DNA of 61,906 nucleotides, the filler included, from Rhabdomonas costata (taxonomy: Eukaryota): NCBI GenBank assembly GCA_019059605.1. It is 19 parts of 19 records of this genome, joined end to end, with 100 filler letters (N's around TTAATTAATTAA, not from the genome) between each part and the next. Parts side by side here need not be neighbours in the genome. Positions count along the whole stretch, not along the records: positions 22,845 to 26,008 come from JAHMHO010001250.1; positions 26,109 to 29,272 come from JAHMHO010001251.1; positions 29,373 to 32,563 come from JAHMHO010001252.1; positions 32,664 to 35,820 come from JAHMHO010001253.1; positions 35,921 to 39,080 come from JAHMHO010001254.1; 14 more parts are not named here. One strand, written 5' to 3'. Below the pieces are notes generated by a model that ran no database searches, was not told where the DNA came from, and saw only the letters and a program-made list of their open reading frames with translations. A program made the position numbers and the translations under genes. This document shows, piece after piece, positions 22,963 through 36,767 of this stretch (position 1 is the stretch's first letter; every line of letters starts with the position of its first letter).

Positions 22963-24784
22963 CTCTTCCAGGCTCTGGCGGGAGCCCGTCTCGATAGGGT
23001 AGGAGGCCAGGGAGGCGATCCGCATCCCTGGGTTGGCGTTGAACTCGCCCAGAAGGTGGCTCCAGGTATTCACCCACACCACAGGTCTCCGGCTGCCCAC
23101 CTCCACGGCAAAGCGGCTGAGCAGGTGGAAAAATAGATGCACAAACGAAGGCACCCTCCGATGTGGTGCCTTTGCTCTGTACTTTCCGTAATTGGCTTCT
23201 CACGTTTTTTCTGAGGTAACTAAATTCATCCCAGGTCTGGGGAAGTGCATTTGTAGTTGCAGATAGGCTCACAGACGCCAAGAAACAGAAGCCACTGGTC
23301 AAGAAGCAAATCAAGCCGAGAGGAAGAGCCAGCTTAGATACTGTAAAATCACGTAGATGTTTGGGGAAATTTCTGGCATTCGGAGGGGAGCAACCACGGC
23401 CACGAGGGAGCAGTTGCTCACAGAGGCGCGTATTCCTAAGCAGACTGGAGAGAGGGAGGACATATCCCACAGAAGCAAAAGAAAAAAACTGAGAATGAGT
23501 GTGATGTTTGAGCCGTGGAGAGTTCAATGTCACGTCAGCGCGCAGCACCTGTACGCGACTTTGCCATCCATGGGCACTGGGGCGGGGTCGGTCCAGCTCT
23601 GTGCTCCACTGTAGCTTCCCCGAAACTCCACCTCGGTGTAGGCACCCTGACAATCCTTGAGAATCCAGAAGGACTCGATAGCCTGCAAGTGAATCCATGC
23701 ACTGCATATTGTCAAGAACTGCGCAGGAAGATAGAGATGATGGCGGCCGAGCATGCACACACACACACTCACACTCACACTCACACACATAACCATGGTG
23801 TTCTAAAGAACAAACCAAAGAACAAAACAAGGGAAACAACAAAAGACAGACTCGTCGGGTGCACAACCCACCCACCCGCACCCACACACGGAAATACCAC
23901 AATTCCGTTCCAAAGTCCAGCCACGAAGAAAGGCACAGGAAGGATAGGAGTGGTGTGTGTATATGCGTGGGTGTGCAAAACGGCACTACGAAACCCTAAG
24001 AGTGTGAGAAACGGGGGGCGTTTCCCGTATCTTGACCTGTGACCCTCGTGTCGTGAGTTGAGGAGGACATGCGCACAGGTGCACCTCAATAAACCCCAAG
24101 CGCGGGTGCCGCAGGTCTTGCAGCAAGGGGTTGGTGGCTACACTGGACTTATCGTCGCCCCGGAAGACTACATTGACCTCGAGGTGGGTTGCCGTGTCGT
24201 CAAACCACACCTTTGTAGCAGAAAAGAAGACAAGAGAGCAGCGGAGTCAACACCTTTTCGACTCCCGATAGGGCCCTTCCAGCGTAATCTCGCCTCTTCT
24301 AATAACTCACTCTATTCGCTTGACGAGACCCCCTCAAGATAGGTCCATTTTTGAAGACAGAACAGCGCTGTATGCTGTAAATGCTGCAATCGCGGCGAAC
24401 CTTGTGTGTGCCCGTCCAGAGGTGCTAGGTGGGTACATTCTCGCTCATTGTATCAGAAATTTCCAGAAACAATCGCTAGCAATTCTTCCACGTACCGTGA
24501 TCATCTCTCGAAGCTCGCGCTCAGGACTGTCCACGGGGACCTTGACGATGGGCATTACGAAGTTCAGCTGCATGGCAGACCTGCGGGTCTGGCCTCCGGT
24601 GCCGCTGCTGCTGCTGCAGGACCCCCGCGATCCCAAGCTGAGCAACGGGCCCGAGGAGGGCTCGGAGATCTGCTCCACAGAAATCACTGGAGAATTTACA
24701 GCAGGGCCGGGGTCGGGTGCCTTGGGCTCGGGCAGCCAGGGCTTCACATACGTGCGGGTCGGGTCGGGTGGTCGGCGGACGCGG
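22963..24784 (-). CDS. Hypothetical protein, four internal exons (24784-24496, 24210-24085, 23682-23549, 23116-22963)
   Basis: Three phase-consistent GT-AG introns. The product looks globular (LEVNVVFRGDD...RLGFIE|AIESFWI...FRGSYSGAQSW...VVWVNTWSHLLGEFNANP). Confidence 0.7.
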
Positions 24785-26108
24785 CTGCAGCTCACGCCAG
24801 CACCCATAAGAGGAATACACAACGCACAGGGACAGAAGAAAATATCAGCGCCACATGAATGCACTGCCGTGACGAAGAATGAGGTGCATTGTGCCGAAAT
24901 GTGCTGAGGACACACACAGACACACACACACACACCACTCTCTTTGGGTGAGGAACGGTGGTGACGCGGGAGGTCAGAGATTTCAGATCTTTGATGATGA
25001 TACGCTCTCAATTAGAGGAAAGAAAATGTCATCTCCCGCCAGGAGATGCTATGTGTTGGACTCTTCCTCTCTCCCTCTCCGGGCATAGTGCACGCTCCCC
25101 ACTGCAAGCAAAATAAATACACCCCATTTCCCCTGGCCGCAGTCAACGACAGGGAGAACGAACACCCACAGAAAGCAACCCGCCGAAAAGGGCAACTCGT
25201 ACAGCAGCCATTCATACATTCTGAAGGAATTTGTCTTTCCGCAACATCTGGTGGAGGCAGGCAACAAACCGAAGGTGATCGGGCACGGCGCGGATCGGAA
25301 AATGCCACGAGGGTTCGTGCTAAACAATTAATAATTCAGTAATAGTAATAATTCAGTACCTTTGTTCTTATTACAACAAGTATCAGTCAACTTCGGGGCT
25401 TGACACGCTGGAATCAAAAGACAAGCCAGTGTTTTGAAATGGGCTTCGGAATGCCGTGAACTATTTCGAGCGTCCGCGCAAGAGAGCAGTAAAAAATAGA
25501 CCTTGCAAAAAGCAAACTGCACAACTCGATGTGAAAGCCGGGTTTTTATTCCGAAAGTGCAACTCCACAACGCGCACCTGTTCAGGGACAGGAATGCGGG
25601 GAAATCTCATTCTCACAAAGGCACGTCTCCAAAACAAACACGAAGGCGCCCTCTTTCTCTCTCCGCCGCACGCCTTTTCGCCCGCCCTGTCCACCTTCCC
25701 TTTTCCTTCCACCTCGACTGTAAACATCTCCGGACCCCCACCTTCTTGCAGGCAAGACCGCTGTCAGGCATCGCCCGCTACTTCAACCAGGACAGACGCA
25801 TGGAAGAGCAATCCCAACACACAACTTACAAACACACAACGCACGCAACCCGAGGAGCATTCAATCCCTTTCATTCAAAGAGAGGACCTTGGACCCTAGA
25901 GCATGGCAAAACTTGCCTTGCCCAGGGATTTCGACAATCCCGAAAAACAAAAAAGAAAACAACCAAGGCGGTGCTGGAGGGCGTATATGAATGAATATAC
26001 CACCCACCNNNNNNNNNNNNNNNNNNNNNNNNNNNNNNNNNNNNNNNNNNNNTTAATTAATTAANNNNNNNNNNNNNNNNNNNNNNNNNNNNNNNNNNNN
26101 NNNNNNNN

Positions 26109-28300
26109 GGGTTGGGGTGTGAACCATCAACATTGTTAGCGTAACAGTGTAGCTTTGGAGCGAACCATCACATGAGAAGGCATGCGAGGTATCAAGCATA
26201 ACGACGACATGAATACCACAATTCTAACAGTGAACAGGAGACATAAATGTGACCGAGTGTGACGATAGAAGGAACATGAGCGACATCGATCTGGGGTAGA
26301 GGAGCGAGTGTGGCACAATGAGCGTACCACATTAGTGTGGGGAGTGAACTTTGCATCCCATGCTCCATGAAAGCCAATGACACCACATAATGCTGAGCGT
26401 ATACTGTAGAAGTGGGTTGATTCTGTGAGTGTGTTACGTCCATACCATCATTTATATCTCGGCGACCTCCACTACGGATGTTGTACTCTGAGGGCTTCCA
26501 CCGGTAGGCATCACCACTACCAGGTTGTCCATCAGCCATGACCACTGATGGCATCGGAGCGACAATGACATCACGCCATCACTACCACTCGACACATAGG
26601 ATAACATAACGTACACACAAGGAATACGGAACGGTACCACTACGTGTTGGTGAGTGGGTTGGAGTAAAGCCACCACCGCCTGACACCACCACCGGATGAT
26701 AACAGCATGAAAACCCCTACGCACAAACTAACGTTCCTTCTACATGAGGTGATGAGAGCGTAGGAATGCCAATGACACTACCACCACATGACATTGAGGT
26801 TGAGTACGTGATGGCACACACAGGTTACCACACTGTACATCTGCAGCATACCTACTGGTACCAACACCATACGCCCTACCTCAACACCACGTTCTAGCAC
26901 ACACATGGAAGTAATAATAGGGTAACCATGCCCATTACGTTCCTACCATGGCATGCAATCTATGGTGTTGTGTCAATTAATGACAAAGGGACATGTGACG
27001 TGTGCCAACCTGTGATTTACGGCAATGGCTCACCATCTGTGTCTAAGCATCACCTCAGCACCCGCACTTGACCAACCTGTGGAGTTCATGCATAGCCTTA
27101 GCTCTACTGTTACCAGAGGCATTCCACGTAGTACTCCACATTTCATTTCCTAGTTTCCTACTCTTGATCTCAGGTTGTTGTGTGTACTCGTGTTGGTGTC
27201 GTTCCCCAGGTCGTAGCTGTTGCGGGTGGCGCCTATTGCATATTCGCACAGTCACCCAATCACCTCCACTCAGCTCTAGCTCTACGAAAGACACCGTACC
27301 AATGATAAATCCCTGGATCCCGTGGAAGTCCACACAACTAGAGAGCACAAACAAAGCACAAGCACACACACAGAACCCTCCAGCACGAACCCGAGACAGA
27401 GACACGAACCCATAGACAGATACAGAACCATCTTTGCCGACTCACCAACGCCACCAAAACCCTTGCAAGAATGGGTAAGCAAGCGTATACGAACACGTGG
27501 TGGCTGAGATCTCATATCTCTCATTTTACAGGTCGAACAGACTTAACCCTGGCCACTTTTCGCGACACATACACCAATTTATGGTCAATGACAGCGTGGC
27601 GGACAATTCCTTAGTACCTCAGATCCCTGCGTTTACAGAGGCGTTTACGGTAGCGTTGCATCCTTGGCCGTAAGCATTGGACCAACTCCAGAATGGAGAT
27701 CCCGAAGGGCTTCCGAATAACCGAACACGAAGACAAAACCAAGAACCCAGAAAGCGAAGACCGAAGATGAAAACCAAAACCGGAAGGCCCAACCTCCGAA
27801 ATCCAACCCATGCACTCAGACACCGAATTCAAAGATGCACACAGATTAAGGGCCACGCATGGTGATCTCTCCATGAGTTTAATAGAGGTTCAAGAGAGGT
27901 AGCTGGAGTGATGGAGGTCACGGCTGCACATTAGGGTTGATGGAGTGATCGACCCGTGCATCCTACTCAGTGGTGCTCGCTGCTCACCCACACCTACGTA
28001 CCACCCAAATGCATGTGAACTCATGGAGAGGAAGATGCTACATGCGGTGCCTTTCACTATGTCGGTATGCCCACCACATGACCATGCCTCCAACTAGATG
28101 AACCCAGGGGGTGTGTATCTACATGCTGTGCCTTACAGATGACACGAAGGCCTCCACATACACCCCTAATCCACCCAAGGGGCTCTTGTATTGACTCAAT
28201 ACTACGGCATACGCCACTACGTGACTGTATGCCTCCGTGACATATGCAACATATAAATGCATGATACCAGAAGATGTAACCTTAATGCCACCTGATGTGT
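26109..28300. mobile_element. Probable decayed LTR-retroelement sequence (gag-like remnant on minus strand near 27050-27200)
   Basis: No exon/intron signature. AKAMHELHRLVKCG resembles gag AxxxLxxLxQxG, and the region adjoins an RT relic. Support is weak. Confidence 0.35.
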
Positions 28301-29060
28301 GGTGATACTGAGTAAAGCATCCTAGGGGCCTTTTTTTTGCTGGTCTCATACTCGCATACGCTCGTATACTCCCTAAATGTGATGGTTCATGTGCTCAACC
28401 GGCATAAGACGCTTACGAAAATTCACCAGTGCCACTCCATGATGATGCCTTCGTACCTCAGGGCCAATCATTCGTACCTCACGCGACGCACCAGTCTTCA
28501 ACCACAGTCCCCTGAAGTGGTTCACACAAAATTAGATTTGCCTTCAGGCTTTCACCAAATCATAATACTTCTGACTCACATTGAGATGACTGAATTCATA
28601 ACAAAGGAGTTCCAGTTGTTGGTGATGCAGTTAATGCCGTGCAATGCTCCAACAACATTTTAGATAACCATTGATTTTGTGCTTCATGATCTGAGAGAGT
28701 TTGCTGGAGCATACTAGGACTACAACTTTGTAACACGGACACTGTTGAGAGCGTTGAGAGCGGTGTAAGAGATTTTTTAACGAAAACGTTTTTGCTAATC
28801 CATGAAAATGTGTTATCCGCATCAAGAAATAGAGTATAGCGTGGTCATCATTGTGAGGAATGGGATAAGAACCTATCCAAAAACCATAATGTATTCGAAC
28901 GTGTAGCCTGGGCTGACAAGCCTAATGGACGTAAAAAGTCTCTTAGAACTGCGTGTGTTTTACCACATGTTCGTGCCGGATTACAAAACAGTATCATCGC
29001 CTTTGACTGAGGTGATGAATAATCACACTAATGTGTTTGTGCAAAGCTCAGGAGCAGGAT
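28300..29060 (+). mobile_element. Decayed Ty3/gypsy reverse transcriptase
   Basis: LNRHKTLTKI...HTKLDLPSGFHQI...TEFITK...VMQLMPCNAPTTF corresponds to FSKLDLxSGYHQI...TAFxT...MPFGLxNAPATF. Stops and frameshifts follow. Confidence 0.85.
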
Positions 29061-29491
29061 TTTGTGTCACTGAAAAGTTCATGCCGCTGATGTAATTTTG
29101 TGCCAAAGTGCATTAACTAATTGCAGTTGTTTGATGTGCCAAGGTCAATTGTTATTTATTTGGACTCGGTGTTTATCTCGTAGTTTTGGAAAGAGATGAT
29201 GAAGTTTCCGTACGCTCAATTTAGGAGATAGTTGCCTTATCACCAACAGACCAACGGACAAGCAAAAACAAANNNNNNNNNNNNNNNNNNNNNNNNNNNN
29301 NNNNNNNNNNNNNNNNTTAATTAATTAANNNNNNNNNNNNNNNNNNNNNNNNNNNNNNNNNNNNNNNNNNNNGTTTTTGGGGACCTTGAACAGACCACAC
29401 ATTCCGGTGGGTTCCGGACGTACGGGCTCCTCAGCGGGATGCCCCGGTTGTTCCCCTCCACGCCCCACTCCCAGGCTCACGTCGTGGGTAC

Positions 29492-29643
29492 CCTCGCCTC
29501 TCGCCTGAATGCACATTTCACAATGTACAGCAACGCTTGTTTGAACCCCGACATGTGGCTGCAGATTCGCTGGGCCCGTATAAACTGACCCATCACGACT
29601 CCCATCCGTTGCTCGTCGGACAGCAGGCTGTCCTGCGCTGGAT

Positions 29644-29680
<37 letters not shown>

Positions 29681-31439
29681 TGTCCTAGGCCTTTCCACGA
29701 GGAAAAGACCACGGAAATTCACAACAAAAAAGGACAAACGTCTTCAGGTGCACAACCGAAAAAAATGTTTGTGAATGTGTGTGTGTGTGTGTGTGTCAAG
29801 TTAAAACATTGTAAAAACTGCAAAGATAATGCTTCAAACATAGCAAAAACACCAAAAACCAGGTTGTGCTAAAAAAACGGTCAAACATGCATCCAGAAGT
29901 TCTAAATCTTGCTTGACGACATTTCTTGCTAAAAATTTCCAAGATCAATTCAATCAATGTTTTTCAAAATGGCGAACCCATCATAGGGGTGGCGTCTCCC
30001 TCCGGGTCGCTTTTTCAATTCAATCAATTCTAAATTCAACGCAACCCACAAGAAAACAAAAGAGACACGAAGAATGCAAGGAGCGCTGGGAGCTCAGGTA
30101 CCTGCCACTGAATCAAGTAGTAGTCCCCAGGTGGGGAGACACCCAGAACCAAGCAAATGCGCCACAGAAAGCTGCCGTCGGACGAGTAGTAGAGGGACCT
30201 CGCGATAAATGGCTGCATCGAGTCCGAGTCCGAAGGGGCAGGAGGGGGAAGCAATCTGACGGTCGTGAACGCTGCAGAAATGCCGACACATTTAACCACT
30301 TGTTGAAAAAGAGAGGGAGGGCACACACAAACTCAAATGACTCTACCAAATTCTGCCGAACACCGAACTTTTCCCGCATACCCTTCATTTTCCATACAAA
30401 AGCACACCAGAGGCTCGCTCTGCAGTGGTTGGACTTCCGCATTCCAAATCCGACATTAAGAACCCAGTACTCCTTCGCAGCCCAGGGGACGAAGAGGTTG
30501 CAGGTTGAGCCGGCACGATGGCCAACGAAGAAGAGCAGCTGTGGGAGCGCCGCCGCGCGGATTGCCTCGGCGTCTCCTTCTCGACAAAGACCTGCAGTGA
30601 CTCCTTCTTGACAGGCAACAAAAGAGCAGGGGGTGCGGACGACACCGAGGACCGGCCACTGGGGGGATGCAGTTGTGGCATGGGCATGGTGCGGGCAAGT
30701 TCGTTCAAATCCACGATGGGGACTCCGGCAACTGAGCCACCACCCTGAGGGGAGCCTTGCTTTCGGCGCAGGCCCCGGAGCGATCGGGGTACCTTCACCG
30801 CGACAGGTCGGGGGACGTCCGCGTGAGCTGATCTTCCCACTGTTGGAAAAAACAAAAAGTTAATACGCCCCCCCCCCTCAAAAATACACCAAGCCTGTTA
30901 TTTCATTCAGAAAATATTCAGAAAACTTGATGAATGAAAGAATGAGGTTTTGGGAATGATGCAACCAACTGCGGTCAAAGATTTTCCAGTAAGCAGACCT
31001 GCAAAGTTCCCTTGCAATCGTGCACCGCCCACCTGCTTTTGAACGTCTTGCTAGGCGCAGACATGCATCAGGTCCCTGGAGGTCAACCAACCGTATAACA
31101 AGTGGTTTCCATCAATACCATCCGGTAGGTCACCTCCAAAAATGAACAATTGCTTAGCCTATTTATAAATTTATAAGGAGTAACGGGAAGGCAGGCATAC
31201 CGTGCTGATTAATTAAACCTCATTCAGAAAGAAAAAGGAGAAAGACCTGATCGAGACCGCTGCTGGACCACTGGCGGTCCCTCAGAAGACAAGCCAACAG
31301 CTGGGCTTCTTGAAGAACTCGAGGCCGAACTGGTGGGGCCCCGGAACCCCAGTGCGGCCTGTCTCATGTTCATGAGAGCATAGCGCTCAGCAGCTTTCAG
31401 GGGGCAAACCCCAGGAACTTCAGACCCACGGGAATCCAT
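29492..31439 (-). CDS. Hypothetical protein, 5' exons (31439-31247, 30839-30471, 30298-30102, 29632-29492)
   Basis: An ATG plus three phase-consistent GT-AG introns. The N-terminus is Ser/Pro/Arg-rich and likely disordered. I recognise no domain. Confidence 0.55.
29646..29679 (+). repeat. (CA)17 microsatellite
   Basis: Read directly. It sits just upstream of a minus-strand acceptor. Similar tracts occur near 5070, 16660, 23755, 24910 and 29776. Confidence 0.95.
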
Positions 31440-33649
31440 GACAAGTTTATGGTTTCACTGAGATCTCAAAGCCATTCCAAAAACGGAAAAGAAACACACA
31501 AGAAAGAATGCAAACGAAAAGATTCTAAAAACCATCTACGTTTGAGTCCATGCAGAGGCCGTTCGACACCAATTGACTTGCCGGGAGAATATTGGAGAAC
31601 CCCCTCTCAGAGGTCTCACGTAACCAATGCTGCGGGAAGCAGGGGTGAACATTTGTTGTCAGCTTCACAATTGGTGAATTTGTTGCTATTTGTGCTGCAT
31701 CACCCCACACAATGCTGCAAGCTGTGAGAGCGCGACACTGTGACAATGGTAATTCAGGAGTTGCCAGCCAAGCAAAGCCGAACGACCCTCCGCAGTCAGA
31801 ACCTGGAGTCGCGAACGAAAAGCTCCCCGTCGTACCTTCCACCCCAAGCTCGTCGCCGGAAACGTGCGACTTGCGAAGACGTCCTGCACACTTCCGCACA
31901 GGGGGCACTTTTCGTATAGGTGCAGGGGAGGGCCAAACGCAAGCGAAGGAGGTTCTACCAATGCGGATGTCCAGCACTGCGCGGGGAAGCTGGGGATCGG
32001 GCGGAAACATACTCCGCTTTCTGTTTGTGCGCTCCCTCCTGGAGAGCGGAATTTCGGGAACTTTTCTCCGGAGTCCACGCGCAAGGAGAGCGGGGGATGT
32101 CCGACCATGCGAACATGGCCAGAACGGCACAACCCGCGGAACTACTCTATTTTGAATCGCCTGCTGACCGCGCTCCGTGCAGCGGAGCGTGGGAATTTAC
32201 CACGCGTTAACCTCCTCCAAATAAATTTTGATTTCGTTTAAACCAGGGCATGCCCGCACAAACGGGTTGCCAATTGTTCCGGCAAAAAAAATACAATAAA
32301 TTACACGTAGGTGCAAAAGGCTGAGAGGAGAAAACGCAAAGTATCGAATTGAAAATTGAAAATATACAATGATCTGATTATAAGTACACAAAGCGGAACA
32401 TATGTAATATATTATCGGGCATGCGAGCGATAACAAATATCTAAGTTGAATATTTAACGAAACTCTCAACAGACTACTTGATGAAAATTTCAACTTGGGA
32501 AAAGAAGCTGCCAGAACATGTAAAGGATAACAATAAATGGATCGCGAAGAACCACAAACAAACNNNNNNNNNNNNNNNNNNNNNNNNNNNNNNNNNNNNN
32601 NNNNNNNTTAATTAATTAANNNNNNNNNNNNNNNNNNNNNNNNNNNNNNNNNNNNNNNNNNNNATGCCGAACATCTATGTGAAGTCAATGCTGTGGTAGG
32701 TAGGACGATCTTGTGGTAACTCTGTTGGCAGCTTCTATGAAAAGAGATCTTTGTACTCACAATTGAGCTTGAGCACCTCTCATGGAATTTGATCTTTCTG
32801 AACTTGATGGCTACATGTCTCTGGATCAAGATTCTTGATCAGCTCCTGAACGTCTTTGAGTGCATGCAGAATAGATTAGTTGATAACTCGAATGTGGCAA
32901 CACAAAAATGATTGAAATCTGTGCGGATATAATGGGAAGTATTTTACTATTAAGGAGCGGCAAAAATGGAAGATGCCACATGCTGGAACTGAAGTGTGAC
33001 GTCGTCTTTGTGGTCGATCAATTCTGGTGTTAGCTGCAATGAAACACCAGGAGCTGTCTGTGGTTCCGACACTAAACTAACTCTAGATGATTCAAACCCA
33101 CATTCACCTCGCACACTCCACAGAAGTTGTGTAACCACGCGCACTTGTTGTGCCGAAACGTACTCCAACTACAATTGCGCCACAAGATCACATGACTTGG
33201 TAGTCATTATTCCGTGGTTGAACAGCAAATGCCCTCACATTCAATAAGTATCCTAGATGTGGTGCATCCAGGCAAACTACTGCGCTGGAAGATGCGCCCA
33301 TACATGCCTGTATGTATGGAAAAATACAAGTCTGTTTGAATGAGAGCATTGTCTCCGGATGCAATAACCACATCTTCTGCACTGGCAATGTCAAACTCTG
33401 CGGCAAGTGTTGTGAATATTCGTGGCAGGGCAGCCATGCTGCTGAGACATTTAACCAGCATAGTTTACGTCTCTGGCATCTAAACATTTTACTGAGAATC
33501 ATTGTGTGTTTAGCTCACGAGAAGGATTGACTCAGGCTCAAAACTTCGTTCATGCATGATTTTGCGTTGGCTCAATGGCATTCAGTTGCTGGTTATTTAT
33601 ATCTTCACAAGGATGAACTGATTGTTGGATGGATGATACTAAAACCCCG

Positions 33650-35520
33650 ATTGCTTTTGAAACAATAACACGATTAAGCTTTTTTGAAGTCATACTCTGC
33701 ACTGTCTTCTCCACCAAGTCAATCAATGGTTGAATCGACGAAGCAAAGAATAGCCCAACACAATGTGAAGAGGAGTTTCAATCACTCACAAGAAAGCATC
33801 ATATGCAACTCCACTATCTTACCTCGCAATCAAACATATTGCGTTACTGTAATGGTATTCCCATTCGCAACTTTAACCTAAATATGTGCCTTTTAAATGC
33901 CTTTGTAGTTTAAATACTTTGTAGCCTGAATCACGCACAATGTCCGCACTGATGAAAGAGACCTTCTACTCAGACAGCACCCCCCATGCCATCTGCTGAA
34001 GAACCCCGCATGCTTCAGAGAGCAGTTTGGTGGCTCTAAGAAGGAATGTACTTCCCTGCTGTCTCTGCATCACGTTGGATAGCTATCAGCAAGCAACCTC
34101 CACCGCTGCTGAAAATGGATTCCATGCAAGCTTCTGGCGCTAGGTGGAGGGTTCTTCACAAGCAGACTCATGTGTCGCTGGTGTATTATGGATGGATTTC
34201 CGCAAGCAACCTCCCGCGGTACCGACAACTGTGCACTGGGCGTCCAGATGTTCACGTTAGCAATTGTGTACACAAAACTGAAAGCTCCTGTTGGTCTCGC
34301 TCCGCATGTGCTACTGTGTAACTGTATTTTATGATATATCTTGCTGACCTCCGCAGTAAACATCTGCTTTGGCGACTCATCAACCTGAATGTGCACTGAC
34401 ATGGTGGGCTTAGGCTTCCACACGCCAAAAGCCAGTCATATGTCTGCATCCACGAACTCAGCGTTCCAAGATCGAGAGAGTCCCTCTCAGAAAGTAACAA
34501 TCTCAATCAATGGAGATACAATACCACACTGACACGGTGTGTGGCGTGGCACACAATGTTTTGTCGATGAAGCCCAACTCAAAGACCGCTCAATTTTCCA
34601 TACTTCGCGGTCTTTCGCTGTCTCTGCGGTATCGGTGCTCCTTGCCACTGCGATCTCTACATTCTCTGCTCCGATATTTTTCTCGAAGAGGTGGACACTC
34701 TCTATGGTCTGAGTATTGTCAGCTTTTTCATAGACTTATGTGAGGAGGCAGGGGAGTGGGATGTTGGGCGGCCATAATCTATATACTCTTTTCGATTCCT
34801 GTAGATCTGCAATTCTTCACGTCGCGGCTCGCGTTCTCGATGAATACCTTGGCAACATCCTGGTGAGTAGAGCATATCATTACAAAGGTTTGATCGACAG
34901 GTCTTCCTGAAAGAACGTTGCATTGCAATCTCGTCATTTTATAGGAAGACATTGGTGTGTAATCGAGCGGCTAGTGCCTCAACGTGTCAAACTGCACTTG
35001 TTGAGGCCCTTAAGGCCCTTGAGCCACATGTGGCGACGCTAGCTGCATTTGCGACGCTTGCGGAGCCGCCGCAGGTTGTGTCAGAGTGGGCTCCGTGGTT
35101 CGAAAAGATTCCCACGCGCGCTCCATTGCTTCCTCGTGTGTGTTTAGCTTTGAGTGTTTCATCAATTTATGCTGAAGATAGTGGTTTAACCACTTGATCA
35201 TGTTCAGCACCAATGAACGGTGAAACTGCGCTGGGATGAACATTTTGTATGTACTCACTTTGGAATGGAACTTCTGTCAATCACATCCCATGCTCCAGTG
35301 GGCGGTCTCCTCAATCATACGCCACTCATTTTGTCTGCTGTAGAAACTTGCTCTTGAGTTCATGTCAGAACAGATCCCAGGAATCTAACCCATTGTCATT
35401 CGGGAACAGCCCGAGGAATGCTCTCACAAAGCTATGATGGTCAATGCATCCGGAAGCTTCCGCTTCTCTTTTCTGAGCTTACCATTCAGGATTCAAGGCG
35501 GTAAGTGATCCGTGTTGCCT
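33650..35520 (-). mobile_element. Highly decayed Ty3/gypsy-like gag-protease region
   Basis: LDSWDLF*HELKSKFL (about 35340-35390) and MIKWLNHYLQHKL...THEEAMERAW are gag-like. HIVLGYSLLRRFN (about 33730-33765) resembles the retropepsin DVILGxxWLxxxN motif. Many stops, no splice structure. Confidence 0.5.
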
Positions 35521-35621
35521 GCAATGCACGGAACTAAGTGTTTTATCCATCAACTCCCTGAGCGGGTCTGCAAGTGATGATGATGCAAACTTGATGAGAT
35601 GCTGCTGGCTTGAACCTGCGA

Positions 35622-35813
35622 TTGGGAAAAATCTGCTGAGCTTGGATTCGCTGAATTGCTTGAGCGGCCCCTGCTTGCGCGATAATATGAGCGCTCCGTT
35701 TATGAGTAATGGAAAAGCACCCTCCTGGATGAATTAGTACGCTCATATATTATCGCGCAAGCAGGGGCCGCTCAAGCAATTCAGCGAATCCAAGCTCAGC
35801 AGATTTTTCCCAA
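35622..35813. repeat. Perfect 67-bp inverted repeat (35622-35688 / 35747-35813), 58-nt spacer, at contig end
   Basis: The arms are exact reverse complements. The right arm runs into the terminal C tract. Confidence 0.95.
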
Positions 35814-36767
35814 CCCCCCCNNNNNNNNNNNNNNNNNNNNNNNNNNNNNNNNNNNNNNNNNNNNTTAATTAATTAANNNNNNNNNNNNNNNNNNNNNNNN
35901 NNNNNNNNNNNNNNNNNNNNTTGTTGTTGTATGGGCAAACGGAAAGGGCTGAGGCGAGATCATCAACTGGACGCCCAACATCTTTTCGAAGGACAGGCTA
36001 AAGGTAAAATATTGGGACGCGTGTTCAGTTCTTGTGCGTGGACAGGGGATAGAAACGCACTTTGCTGCTTGTCATGTTCAGGTTTGCTTAACTGAAGCCG
36101 TCCCGCTTTCGGAAGTGTGTATGTCGTTGTTTTCGTGTTTCCCCACACGCACGCGCGCAAAGACAATAAAACAACGAGGGACGTTTTCACAGAAACAAAT
36201 ATGCACATAAATTTATTTGCTTTCTTGTTTTCACTTGAGCGCGCGCATTTGATTGGAAACTCGAGATTAACTACCATTGAAAACTTTGGGACACGGTTCG
36301 ATCTATAGAGTGACTTCCCAGCTCGTATTCTCCACATTCTCGTTTTTTTTTTGAAGTTTCGCAGTTTCGCTGTCAGCAGCACCGGCATCACGCAGAGGGG
36401 CTGGAGGAATCGGTGCAATTTTGAAGACAAACACACTCAGCAATTGTTCGCATTAACAACGGTTGCAAAAGTGCTGCCCAAACAGCCACGACTCAAGAGA
36501 TACTGCCTCTGCGCAGGTCAGGTCAGGTGGGCAGCGAAGCCCTAAAAAGGGTGACTTCTCCAGCCGAGCTACAATGCCCCGCAGCAAGACATGGAGCAAA
36601 TTCAACGCAGCAATCTCAACAACAGGCCAATGGCCAAATGAAAGGCGAATTGTGACCCAGGCCCCACGCCAGTTCAATCTGGCACCTGGATATTCCAATT
36701 CAGCACCCCATGCCTGCCTCACTTCTACATCAAGCATATTACTCTCTCTGGGGCCAAAAGAAGGCTT

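Noticed and set aside
22793-23986. Longest listed ORF (397 aa)
   Set aside because: It runs through microsatellites and N in a frame different from the true exons, so it is a chance open frame.
36512-36655. Possible plus-strand Gln-rich terminal exon ending MKGEL*
   Set aside because: There is no recognisable domain and upstream exons are not securely linked.
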